This document shows, one piece after another, positions 17,448 through 26,906 of a stretch of 64,000 nt of DNA; within the stretch, counting starts at the first letter, position 1; each line of letters starts with the position of its first letter. The notes under the pieces are model-generated. The model did no database searches. It was given only the letters and a program-made list of their open reading frames with translations, and was not told the origin of the DNA. The stretch comes from an uncultured virus (IMG/VR IMGVR_UViG_3300048033_000643). Its lineage: Duplodnaviria > Heunggongvirae > Uroviricota > Caudoviricetes > Crassvirales. The stretch lies in the IMG/VR virus record IMGVR_UViG_3300048033_000643; one strand, given 5' to 3'. The position numbers and the translations under genes are program-made.

Positions 17448-19883
17448 CTATCTTGGCTCAAACTCTGCCAGATCAAAACCATCTAAACTGTCCTCGTTTG
17501 ATTCAAAATTTACAGGAGGTAAATTATTTTTACGCTGCTCTATTAATTTAGATTGCTCTGTCGACTGTTGACTTACTCTTCTGTCTTTTGCCTTTTCTCT
17601 ATCCTGTTCTCTTTGACTTAAATTAGATTGCTCCATACCTTTTAACTGCATTTGAAACTCAAACTCTGTTTGCATCAACTCTCTTTTTAATTGTGCTTCG
17701 TTTTTAAGTTTCTCAATTTCAAAAGCAACATCAGCTTGTCTGTATTGTATTTTAGCTTGTGATTCCATTTGTATCTTTTGCATTTCACCTTGAGACTTAG
17801 CTTGCTGTGCTTGCATTTGCATTTGTGCTTGCATTTGCTGTTCTTGTTGTCTTTGCTGCTGCTCAACTTCCTGTCTTTTCTTACGTTTTAATTTTAAAAG
17901 TTGATTAGCCATTTTAAGATTATTTAACTCTCTAATATCTATAGCGTCTTCTAAGCTAATATCTTTTTGTGACAATGCCATTTGAATGTTTTGCTCAAGC
18001 ATTGCTTTTTGCTCTTCATCAGGAGCCATTTCTATAAATATACCAAAGTCATACAAGTATAAATCTTTTATATCTTCTAATATTTTTAAATTATACTTTC
18101 CTATTTGCATAGCAAACTCATCTTTAAAATCTGAATACTCTAATATGTCTGCTGTTCTTATTGACAAACACTCCGCAATTGTTCTTGTTATATATAGACT
18201 GCCTTGAAGTACATGCCTAGTTGCTGTATTAGAATTTAAAGCTGCTAATTTTTGAACACCGACTAAAGAGTTAGGATCTGGCGTTGAGCCATCTCTTGCT
18301 TCGTTTAGTCCAGTTACCGCTCTAATCATATCTAAATAATGATTATAATTAGCAATAAGCATTTGCATTTTACTTGCACCGCTATTAGATGTTAATTGAG
18401 TAATTGGAACTCTAGCATTATTAAACTCGCCATCTTGAGTATAACTTCTACCAACAACACTACCTGTTTGGAAATACAAGCGCAATGCATCTTCTGGATT
18501 ATATGCGTTTCCTGTTCCTAAATCAACTTCGTTTAAACCATCTGCGTCAATAAAGACACCGTCTGGCACAACTCTTGATACCACTTGTTGAATTTTAAGG
18601 TGAGTCATTTGAATTAAATCTGCAAAAGGAATCATTCTTCTAACTAAAGACTCTAATGATCCTTTATACATTCTGGGTGCTGATGCAACATAATTAGGCA
18701 TAGCAAATTGGTTAGAGGATTTAGGTCTTACCATGTTTTCTGATAGTTTCCATTGCAGAATAATATTAGTTCCCATAACCATAATACCATCATACCATAC
18801 GTCAATTCTTTTAGTTACCTTTTCAAACTTTCCTTCTTCCATCATTTCTTGAGGAGGATTAAACTGATCATCTTTTTCAACCGTCTTGTATGATCCGTCT
18901 GCTAATTTTTTTCTTTTGTACACAAACGAATGTGTTGTTTTATAATTAAAATACATTAATGTTGCAGTATCTCTATAAAACATGCTGTTCTCGTAAAACT
19001 GTGCAGTATTAAAATAATTATACCATGACTGACTGTACTTAGCAATCTGGTTTAAATCGTCATTTGTTAAATCTGGATCAATTTTAATTAGCTCTGTCAT
19101 TGGAACTGTTTTTATTTCTCCCCAATAAAAGCAATCTTTAAAATACGGATCTTCCGTATAACTATAAACAACGTTAGCTGGATCTACATAATCTAGTTTT
19201 ACACCAGAGCCAGGTAAAAATTGATGTTTAGTAATTCCAATACCTATTGTTGTTAAATCATAATCAACTCTACTTCTAATATCATTGTAATGGTTTTCAG
19301 CCATTAAGGTATCAATAGCCGTTTCTTGCGCTATTTCAATAGCAGGCTTATATTTCATATTCATAAACAACTCCATTTCATCATCACTTTCTGGTAGTTC
19401 GTCTGGATTCAATGTAAATGCATTAACATTAAAATCTGCTTGTAGTTGCTCAAATAAAGGTTTTGCTAATACCTCACCTTCTACCATTTCTTGAAACTCA
19501 TTTCTTTTCTCAGCAGACAACGCATCCTCAGCGTAGGCTTTAACTTTAAAAAGTCTGTCTGACATTCCGTTTACTACGATGTCGACAAACTTTGGTATTA
19601 TAGGTACGGGTGACCAATCTAAATTCAGATAACTTAAGTCGCCATCTATTGCTAATTCATTTTTGTATTTTGCTACGGATTGCTCTCCTCTAGCATACAA
19701 ACGTAGTCGCATAAACTCACTCCATTGACTATAAAATCTACATGAGCCGCTGTCTCTTCTAAACCATTCGTATTGTATTGCTTGACCTATTTGTAATCCG
19801 TACTCTACAGTGTCTTTTGTAGCGTCAGAAACAAATTGATCTGGAAATGCAGCAGCCTGTATATCTATTGTTACTTCTTTCAT
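17448..19883 (-). CDS. portal protein
   Basis: 811 aa; PVPIIPKFVDIVVNG, TGLNEARDGS and a Q-rich C-terminal coiled coil; immediately follows the terminase. Confidence 0.85.
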   Translation of the reverse strand: MKEVTIDIQAAAFPDQFVSDATKDTVEYGLQIGQAIQYEWFRRDSGSCRFYSQWSEFMRLRLYARGEQSVAKYKNELAIDGDLSYLNLDWSPVPIIPKFVDIVVNGMSDRLFKVKAYAEDALSAEKRNEFQEMVEGEVLAKPLFEQLQADFNVNAFTLNPDELPESDDEMELFMNMKYKPAIEIAQETAIDTLMAENHYNDIRSRVDYDLTTIGIGITKHQFLPGSGVKLDYVDPANVVYSYTEDPYFKDCFYWGEIKTVPMTELIKIDPDLTNDDLNQIAKYSQSWYNYFNTAQFYENSMFYRDTATLMYFNYKTTHSFVYKRKKLADGSYKTVEKDDQFNPPQEMMEEGKFEKVTKRIDVWYDGIMVMGTNIILQWKLSENMVRPKSSNQFAMPNYVASAPRMYKGSLESLVRRMIPFADLIQMTHLKIQQVVSRVVPDGVFIDADGLNEVDLGTGNAYNPEDALRLYFQTGSVVGRSYTQDGEFNNARVPITQLTSNSGASKMQMLIANYNHYLDMIRAVTGLNEARDGSTPDPNSLVGVQKLAALNSNTATRHVLQGSLYITRTIAECLSIRTADILEYSDFKDEFAMQIGKYNLKILEDIKDLYLYDFGIFIEMAPDEEQKAMLEQNIQMALSQKDISLEDAIDIRELNNLKMANQLLKLKRKKRQEVEQQQRQQEQQMQAQMQMQAQQAKSQGEMQKIQMESQAKIQYRQADVAFEIEKLKNEAQLKRELMQTEFEFQMQLKGMEQSNLSQREQDREKAKDRRVSQQSTEQSKLIEQRKNNLPPVNFESNEDSLDGFDLAEFEPR

Positions 19884-22129
19884 TTATTAAGTAATTGACT
19901 TACTGAGTTCTTGTTATTATATCTCGCAAAGTTAATGCTTATTTTTGATTGTTTTTGAACGGGTGTATACAAGTGTTTTTGATTTGCCATAATTGCTAAA
20001 CCAGAACTAATCGCAGCATCAAACTTTGTTCTGTTTGTTATGTCAAATTTAGCCCAGTCTTCTAGTGTTCTTTGAAAATACATACTACCTATATCGTCTT
20101 TTTCTCTATAATCTCCTTCAAAATCTAATCCTACATATTTCTCAATATACGACTCAATAGCTGAGGCGTGAGATTGCTTAACATCTTCAGATGAGTTTGG
20201 AATACCCCCTAACTCTCTTTCAGTCTTAGATAACTTATTATAAGTTTTATCCGGTCTGTTTAAACAAAAGCCTCGGTATCCTCTATTTTTAAAATGATAC
20301 AATAAACGAGGTTTATTATTTTCACATAATATTGGCATGCCATAAAATATACACGCCATTAAAACTTCTTCAAAAAATATCTCAGCGGTTTGAGGTCTAG
20401 CAATATATTCTAAAAAGAATTCATTACTAGGTGCATCATCCATATTAAATTTTGTCTGCCCATGTAAAGCTCCGTTAGAACCTTTACCTACTACAACTCC
20501 TGAAATATCATAAGAGTCACAACCAAACGATCCAATATGTTCATTGCCTGGATACATCTTTCCACCCTTCTTAATCACATTGTTTTGAAGAGAAGCTTTA
20601 GGGATGTAAGTTACAAAAAATCTACCTCTTTTATTTGGGCTCCAGATTACCTTAGAATCTTTTATACCATCTTTCCAATGGAACCCACCTTGAGTCATAA
20701 AGTGTCCCATATTTATAGAATCATTATAATCTATTTGCTGGTATATTTTTGTTAAATTAAATAATGATTGTTTGCTTTCATCTCTAAACGCATGTGACTC
20801 TGTTCTAGGAAACTGTCTATAAAATTCATTTAAAGCGTCAGGATCTGAAGTTAATGATTCAACCTCGTTAGTCCAGTAATCTACAGCCCCTTGAGTAATA
20901 GGCTCTTTGTCTATTCCTTTAATAGGTTTGTCTGGATTCTTGAACACAGGCATACCATACATGTCAATAAAACCTTCCATATTCCACTCCATAGGAATAA
21001 ACAGATTATATAAACCGCTTTTTGTTTGTCCGTTAGAGTTTCTGTTTCTGCAATCAGATGACTCAAATAAATCTTTAAAATTTCTACCACCTTTATCTAA
21101 CGCATTTGATGTAGATCCCATCATACATTTACCTATGACTTTACTACCTAATCTTAAACATGTTTTGGTTACACGCCAGTTGTTTAATATATTCTCTGGC
21201 CTCTCCCATTTACCACTTTCATCGTGTAACAATAACTGTAACTTCTCACCATCATAACTATTATCAGATGTATTCTTCCAGTCAATTGTTGTGTCTAATC
21301 CTTCAAGCTCCTCTTCACTTACTGTATACATATTCTTTTTAGTAATCTTAGAAGCTGGAACACGATAAGCTAATTCTGTTTTAGGCTTATCCATACCATC
21401 TTGTATAGGTTTAAAAAAGAAAGGATAGTTGTTTGATATTGGCACTATCTTATCTGTAAACATCTTCTTTGCATCCGCACCAGTTTTTGATAGTATACCT
21501 ATTCTAGAATCTTTAGTTATTGTCGCTGTGTTAACACCTTCACACGAGCTCATAAATGAAAACCCTGAACGTCTTATTTTTAAATAACACATACCAAAAC
21601 TTCTTTTATCAGCTTTGCATGCCTCCCAGAATATATAGAACAAACGATTTGCTTCTCTAAAGTCTGGATGACCAACGTCAATCTTTGTCCATTGTAAATA
21701 CATATAATGTGTTCCTGTAATATAAGTAGGAACACCGTTATTCATAAACCAAAAACCTTCTTCTCTCCTATCAAACTCTTGTTCGATATAATCCACCCAT
21801 TTGTTCTTGAATTGTATCGGAGCTTCATGCCATTGAAATATTGACTGTATTCTTTTTAATTCTTTACTTATTTCATGCGCCTCCCAATACTGATCATCTT
21901 TTTTTTTGGATCTTGAATAAACTTTTGTAGGAGCTTTTGGTAATGCAATATGTAGGCCATTTATTTCTATGACATCACCTATTTGACCTGACTTAGATAT
22001 AACAACAAAATTATATTTTTCGTTATAACCATAAGTCCAAGTTCTTGCTTTATTCTTTGTAGATAAAACATTTTTTGGAACTACTCTAGTTAGTGTAGTG
22101 TATAAGTTATTTAGATCTTGATTCTGCAA
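19880..22129 (-). CDS. terL: terminase large subunit
   Basis: Walker A-like KIRRSGFS, Walker B LLLHDESGKW, RQFPRTESHAF, nuclease motifs FGCDSYD, ENNKP, KFDAAISSGLA. Confidence 0.88.
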   Translation of the reverse strand: MQNQDLNNLYTTLTRVVPKNVLSTKNKARTWTYGYNEKYNFVVISKSGQIGDVIEINGLHIALPKAPTKVYSRSKKKDDQYWEAHEISKELKRIQSIFQWHEAPIQFKNKWVDYIEQEFDRREEGFWFMNNGVPTYITGTHYMYLQWTKIDVGHPDFREANRLFYIFWEACKADKRSFGMCYLKIRRSGFSFMSSCEGVNTATITKDSRIGILSKTGADAKKMFTDKIVPISNNYPFFFKPIQDGMDKPKTELAYRVPASKITKKNMYTVSEEELEGLDTTIDWKNTSDNSYDGEKLQLLLHDESGKWERPENILNNWRVTKTCLRLGSKVIGKCMMGSTSNALDKGGRNFKDLFESSDCRNRNSNGQTKSGLYNLFIPMEWNMEGFIDMYGMPVFKNPDKPIKGIDKEPITQGAVDYWTNEVESLTSDPDALNEFYRQFPRTESHAFRDESKQSLFNLTKIYQQIDYNDSINMGHFMTQGGFHWKDGIKDSKVIWSPNKRGRFFVTYIPKASLQNNVIKKGGKMYPGNEHIGSFGCDSYDISGVVVGKGSNGALHGQTKFNMDDAPSNEFFLEYIARPQTAEIFFEEVLMACIFYGMPILCENNKPRLLYHFKNRGYRGFCLNRPDKTYNKLSKTERELGGIPNSSEDVKQSHASAIESYIEKYVGLDFEGDYREKDDIGSMYFQRTLEDWAKFDITNRTKFDAAISSGLAIMANQKHLYTPVQKQSKISINFARYNNKNSVSQLLNK

Positions 22130-22382
22130 ATCCTTTAGGGGTATTATTTTTCTTTATATCACCACCCTCTAATAATTGCTTTTCGTCTTCTATTCTTTTA
22201 AGGATCTCAAAAGCGTCAAAGATAGCAAGCTTTTTAGTAGCGGCAGCATTCTTTAATCTGTCAGCAGCTAACTCATCATCCTTATCGTATTTAATAATAT
22301 CTTCTTTAGCTACCTTTATTAATTGTATAACAGCTTTTTCTCCAGCTTTTATTATTTGTTCTTTAATATCTTTAATATCCAT
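22107..22382 (-). CDS. hypothetical protein, possible terminase small subunit
   Basis: Helical 91-aa ORF overlapping the terL start. Confidence 0.45.
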   Translation of the reverse strand: MDIKDIKEQIIKAGEKAVIQLIKVAKEDIIKYDKDDELAADRLKNAAATKKLAIFDAFEILKRIEDEKQLLEGGDIKKNNTPKGFAESRSK

Positions 22383-22946
22383 TTACATAATCATAGTTAT
22401 GTTATCTGTAAACATTCTATATAGCTTTTCATCTTCTACATAAAACTCATACTCAGACTCAGGAGTAAAAGAAACTTCGTCTCCTACCTTTACACCTAAG
22501 TTTTTTAACTCTTGATTGTTATATTTAACAACACCCATAAGAGGTTCTTCTTTGCCGGTCTTTCCTAAAAAAGATTTTTTTGGCGGAATAGGTTTTATAA
22601 AACAATACTTAGAATGGCTTTTCCACTCTTCTTTATTATAATACAAAAAAAATTGATCAAAGTCAATAAAGAATAAATCGTCTTTAAAAAAGCTTTTACC
22701 ACTTTTCTCACGCCCGTACATGTCATTGTAATATTTAAAAACATTATGATGTACTAAAAGTATGTCACCTATATTGACATCTCCTGAATAATTTATTGGA
22801 GTTGACACCACTTGCGCATACCTATTAGCCGTTTTATGATCTTCTTTTGATACGCTAATTAAAAAATCTAAGTCTGCTATTTTCTTTACGTTATCATACC
22901 TAGTGCCGTTTACAGGACGTACAATAAATGAAAATGGAGATTGCAT
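22383..22946 (-). CDS. GroES-like co-chaperonin with apparently two GroES-like domains
   Basis: Two GroES-type segments (VNIGDILLVHHN; GVKVGDEVSF...EFYVEDEKLYRM). Confidence 0.6.
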   Translation of the reverse strand: MQSPFSFIVRPVNGTRYDNVKKIADLDFLISVSKEDHKTANRYAQVVSTPINYSGDVNIGDILLVHHNVFKYYNDMYGREKSGKSFFKDDLFFIDFDQFFLYYNKEEWKSHSKYCFIKPIPPKKSFLGKTGKEEPLMGVVKYNNQELKNLGVKVGDEVSFTPESEYEFYVEDEKLYRMFTDNITMIM

Positions 22947-23170
22947 TAAAAGTTTATATTATATTCAATAGAAATAGGTAAGGTAGTTTTAAACTCTTTC
23001 CATATAACAATTTCTTTATTTTTTTCTATCCAAATCTTATATGAACTTGCGCCTGAGTCGTGCTGTATTAAATGAATAATATAAGATCCTCCAAGAACAT
23101 CCTGCCCTACTATGTAATGCATAGCTCCAGACTTATAGTCTGCTCCTATTGAAATCTTTCTAATGTCCAT
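22946..23170 (-). CDS. hypothetical protein, 74 aa
   Basis: Translationally coupled ORF (IRKISIGADYK..AMHY.VGQ). Confidence 0.7.
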   Translation of the reverse strand: MDIRKISIGADYKSGAMHYIVGQDVLGGSYIIHLIQHDSGASSYKIWIEKNKEIVIWKEFKTTLPISIEYNINF

Positions 23171-23174
23171 TTAA

Positions 23175-23693
23175 TTAAAATGTAGAATCTAATTTTAGCT
23201 TTCTGTATGTAATATTTATATATAAAGTTCCATTCCCTGCACTTGGACTAGCAAAACCACCTAATGTTATTCCTGCGTTTTCTGCAATAAATTCAGCAGG
23301 TGAAGGATCGTTTTTATATACTTTTTTATTTGCAGCGTTTAATAAAAGCAGTGGCAATGGTTCTTGAATAGTTCCTTGTGTTATATTTAAAGTGTTTACA
23401 AAATTATAAGGAGTTGATCCTGGAATCATTAAGCTTACAATTTGACTAACATCATACACATAACCGTCTCCAGGAGGAGCTAGCAATGTGTATGGTTGTG
23501 CTGCAATTACTTTTAAATAAGTTTCTGGAATAGCTATTGTAACGGACGTAGTGTTTAAACCAAATAAAGTTTGTAAGTTTTCTAACGTACAAGTTTTAGT
23601 GTTTAAATTATTCTCTGCATCAGTTAGCACAAAGTAATCCGGCAGTGTAGGAATTATACTTGAGTACGCTGTGGTATTACTTATTCTAGCCAT
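23175..23693 (-). CDS. putative virion protein
   Basis: MARIS N-terminus shared with 35730-36449; lies in the tail region. Confidence 0.55.
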   Translation of the reverse strand: MARISNTTAYSSIIPTLPDYFVLTDAENNLNTKTCTLENLQTLFGLNTTSVTIAIPETYLKVIAAQPYTLLAPPGDGYVYDVSQIVSLMIPGSTPYNFVNTLNITQGTIQEPLPLLLLNAANKKVYKNDPSPAEFIAENAGITLGGFASPSAGNGTLYINITYRKLKLDSTF

Positions 23694-23697
23694 TGTT

Positions 23698-23958
23698 TTA
23701 TTTTATAGGTTCTGCTTCTACTGCTTGCGGTTTTTTAGTGACAATACCTGTTGCTAAATCAATAACAGCATCTTGCCCATATTTCTCCGCTAATTTTTTC
23801 TCTTCAATACCAAACGCACCTCTTAAGTCTTCTAAAGCTTTTAGATTCATTTGCTGTCTTAATACATTATCAGCAATCTCTAATTTAGCTTTAGTAAAGT
23901 CTTGGTTTAGTTCTTGAATTTTTTTTAATTCGCCTTCAGTTAATTTAATTTCACTCAT
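23698..23958 (-). CDS. small coiled-coil protein
   Basis: Heptad pattern and EKYG...IDL.TG C-terminal motif. Confidence 0.65.
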   Translation of the reverse strand: MSEIKLTEGELKKIQELNQDFTKAKLEIADNVLRQQMNLKALEDLRGAFGIEEKKLAEKYGQDAVIDLATGIVTKKPQAVEAEPIK

Positions 23959-24008
23959 TTTAATTTATTTTTAATGTTAATTTTATTTATGTAAATATAG
24001 TAAATATA

Positions 24009-24386
24009 TTATTCTTCTTCTACGTTTTCATTAATTGGTGGAGGCGCAGGAGGGTTATCCCATGTGAAGTATAAGTCTTCATCCACAGGATGCTTCTCTA
24101 AATCTATTTGTTTAGACAAGTTTGCTTCCATGTCAGCTACAGGCAACCCTGCTTTTAGCCAACTAATAACTACATTCTCAAATCCTTCGTCATTAGCGTA
24201 AGGAACAAAAGTTGTTGACGGATCATACTCTAAAGAGTAAGTTCCTATTTGACTAGCGGTGTATTGCGAGTCTTTGTCGTCTTGAGCGGTATACGTCCAA
24301 TGTACTGTGTAGATTACGTTTTGATTCCCATCTTCTTCGATACGGGCGTTCATTTGATTTATTGTCCATTTATAAAAATTTGCCAT
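24009..24386 (-). CDS. tail-fibre-associated small protein, paralog of 30154-30513
   Basis: Y.W.I..M...NV...VHW.Y...FVPY...V..W pattern; follows a fibre gene. Confidence 0.6.
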   Translation of the reverse strand: MANFYKWTINQMNARIEEDGNQNVIYTVHWTYTAQDDKDSQYTASQIGTYSLEYDPSTTFVPYANDEGFENVVISWLKAGLPVADMEANLSKQIDLEKHPVDEDLYFTWDNPPAPPPINENVEEE

Positions 24387-24421
24387 TGTTTAATATTTTT
24401 ACAAAGATATAAAATTAAATT

Positions 24422-26410
24422 TTAAAAAGTTACTATTGCTGATGGAGCACCTTTCATCATAACTCTTGGTGTATAACCCTGTGTGCCAGATAAACTTTTA
24501 AATACAAATGATAAAGTTGTAGTTCCATCACCAGTTACAACTACATCAACTTTAACTGCCGTTTGTCTTGATCTTGCCGTTGCATACCAATTACCACTTT
24601 GATTTGTACAACTATAAACAACATCTACGACTCCGTTTGTGCCTCCAATTCCAGTAAATTCCACTAATGCAGATGCACCATTACCCGATCCTGTAACTGT
24701 TGCAATTGTATAACCTGTTGTATCTAAACTGGCAACAGCAAAATTAGAATGTTTTATATCTTTAGCTATTAACTCTCCGCCCACCTCAAGTTTAGCTCTA
24801 GGCGAGGTCGTCCCGATCCCAACGTTTCCCACATCACTTCCTGTCCCGCCTACAACGGTTAATGCTTCTTCATTTGCATTCCATCCATAAGTTAATGATA
24901 ATTTATCTTGATATCTTAATAATCGCATACCATCAGTATACGCACTTCCTGTTTCAAAAAATAACAGTTGAGGGCCAGTGCTGTTTCTTATAGCAACCAT
25001 ACCATCAACATCTAAGGCATAAGCAGGATTAGTCGTTCCGATCCCGACGTTGCCGCCGTTTGGATTAAGTAATAGTGGGTATGTTATTGATAAATCTGCT
25101 TTATTGGTAGCTTGTAGCCATTGTGTTCCAGTTGCAGGGCCTACTGAACCAAAATCTAATACTGTACCATATCCGCTAACATTTAATCGCATTGTGCCAG
25201 TAAAAGCTGTACCTGAAGTTGCAGGTAACCCTGTAGTTCCCACTACTTGTAATTTAGCACTAGGCAAAGTCGTACCGATCCCGACGTAGCCAGAAGCACC
25301 ATCAACAACTAATCTTGAATTTGTATTATGTGTTAAATGAAATACAGCACCTCTATTTTCTAATCCAATAGGAGTATCTCTTGAATCGTTTAATATTACT
25401 CCAACACTACCACCGTGTTCAATTTCTAAAACTTTATCTAATGAGTTTGGATTATCAACATTTGTGTTTCCAATAATTACGTTACCGTCTTTATCTATCC
25501 TCATTCTTTCTTGAATACCGGCACCTCCGGGAGCAGTCCAAAATCGCAAATTACCGGCATTGTTAGCGGCTTGTCTATTAGCACTTATCATTGCAGTTCG
25601 TGTACCACCTGCACCAAAAGAAAGTATACCATAGTTTTGCCCTTCGGCATCAACGCTTGGCGCTAGTAATTCTATAGTACCCGCATAACCCGCAGTAGTA
25701 CCACCCATTATAGTTAAAACTTTATAACCATATCCTGTTTGGTCAGGCGTTTCAGTTCCAATTGCAACGTTTCCTCTATCTAAAACTAAATTATTTGTAT
25801 AATAAGTTCCAGCATATCGTGTTACAAACTCTAAGACATTTTCGCTGCCTGAATTTCTCCATGTCATTATTCCTTTATAATTAGTGTCAGTATCACTTAC
25901 CGCAACACTAGGATCTGAAGCATTTAAAACAGTAACAGAAGGCCCTTTAAATGTAGATGCACCACCGTTTTCTATCTCCAAAATATCCAAACCATTTCTC
26001 CCAATTCTAAATTTACCTGATGCACCTATATTCTCTATAAACCAAGTGCTGTTAGTGTATGTTGTGTTTGAAGATCCTAAAAAGATAGCTGGTCTACCTG
26101 CTCCAAAAGTTCCTATTTTAACTTCATCTACCGAACTGCTGGCAGCAGAAGTATTAGATAAGTTTGTAAACGTAGTGCCTACAGCTGTTAGTCTTATTTT
26201 AGTATCTCCAACTCTTTTTATAAGAAAGTCTCCACCCACAACATTTAATGTATCATAGTATGCTTCGAGATAATTACTAGCATTATACTTAACTTGTAAT
26301 AATGCATTTGATGTTGTAGCTTCAGTTAATATTCTATCGCCAGCATTAACTTTACCTGAAGTAGTTATATCTCCTGTTATATTTTCGCCACTTAATATTC
26401 TTATTGCCAT
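24422..26410 (-). CDS. tail fibre protein with GNVGIGTTxP repeats
   Basis: Five G(N/Y)VxIGxx repeats, most followed by P..L.V. Confidence 0.8.
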   Translation of the reverse strand: MAIRILSGENITGDITTSGKVNAGDRILTEATTSNALLQVKYNASNYLEAYYDTLNVVGGDFLIKRVGDTKIRLTAVGTTFTNLSNTSAASSSVDEVKIGTFGAGRPAIFLGSSNTTYTNSTWFIENIGASGKFRIGRNGLDILEIENGGASTFKGPSVTVLNASDPSVAVSDTDTNYKGIMTWRNSGSENVLEFVTRYAGTYYTNNLVLDRGNVAIGTETPDQTGYGYKVLTIMGGTTAGYAGTIELLAPSVDAEGQNYGILSFGAGGTRTAMISANRQAANNAGNLRFWTAPGGAGIQERMRIDKDGNVIIGNTNVDNPNSLDKVLEIEHGGSVGVILNDSRDTPIGLENRGAVFHLTHNTNSRLVVDGASGYVGIGTTLPSAKLQVVGTTGLPATSGTAFTGTMRLNVSGYGTVLDFGSVGPATGTQWLQATNKADLSITYPLLLNPNGGNVGIGTTNPAYALDVDGMVAIRNSTGPQLLFFETGSAYTDGMRLLRYQDKLSLTYGWNANEEALTVVGGTGSDVGNVGIGTTSPRAKLEVGGELIAKDIKHSNFAVASLDTTGYTIATVTGSGNGASALVEFTGIGGTNGVVDVVYSCTNQSGNWYATARSRQTAVKVDVVVTGDGTTTLSFVFKSLSGTQGYTPRVMMKGAPSAIVTF

Positions 26411-26420
26411 AATTATTTAT

Positions 26421-26906
26421 TTAACATGTTGATGGATAACCTGAATCTACAACACCTTGATTTGTTGATATTTTTATATAGGTTCTGTTTCCATTCCCAC
26501 TAGATGATGGCGGTATAGTATAATATCCAGCTGCAAGTACACTTGTACCTGCACTGTCAGAATAACAGATGTCTCCTGCTGTTGGGTACTGACCACTACC
26601 GTTATGATAATATGTTTGATTCAACGGATTCAAGCTTCCATTAAAATTACAATTTGCTAAAAACACACCCATTGTTGATGAACTATAAGATGTTGTTGAA
26701 ACAAAGCTTCGTCCGTAAAATTCAGAATACGCATGTGGCGCACTTTGATTTACAGGCGGACTAGCTGTTGCATACAACTTAACTAACGAACCAGTTTGCG
26801 GCGTAGAGCTACCTCCAGATAAAGGAGCGTTAGCGGTTGCTGACCTCCCGGGTACTTCTGCGTTTATCATATTTGCCGATATAGTTCCTGAGCCTGGTAA
26901 TGCCAT
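26421..26906 (-). CDS. fibre-associated protein carrying one Cys-rich TYYHNGSG module
   Basis: N-terminal MALPGSGTIS...SEFYG segment typical of small genes after S74 fibres; C-terminus closely matches the last module of 3808-4749. Confidence 0.7.
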   Translation of the reverse strand: MALPGSGTISANMINAEVPGRSATANAPLSGGSSTPQTGSLVKLYATASPPVNQSAPHAYSEFYGRSFVSTTSYSSSTMGVFLANCNFNGSLNPLNQTYYHNGSGQYPTAGDICYSDSAGTSVLAAGYYTIPPSSSGNGNRTYIKISTNQGVVDSGYPSTC

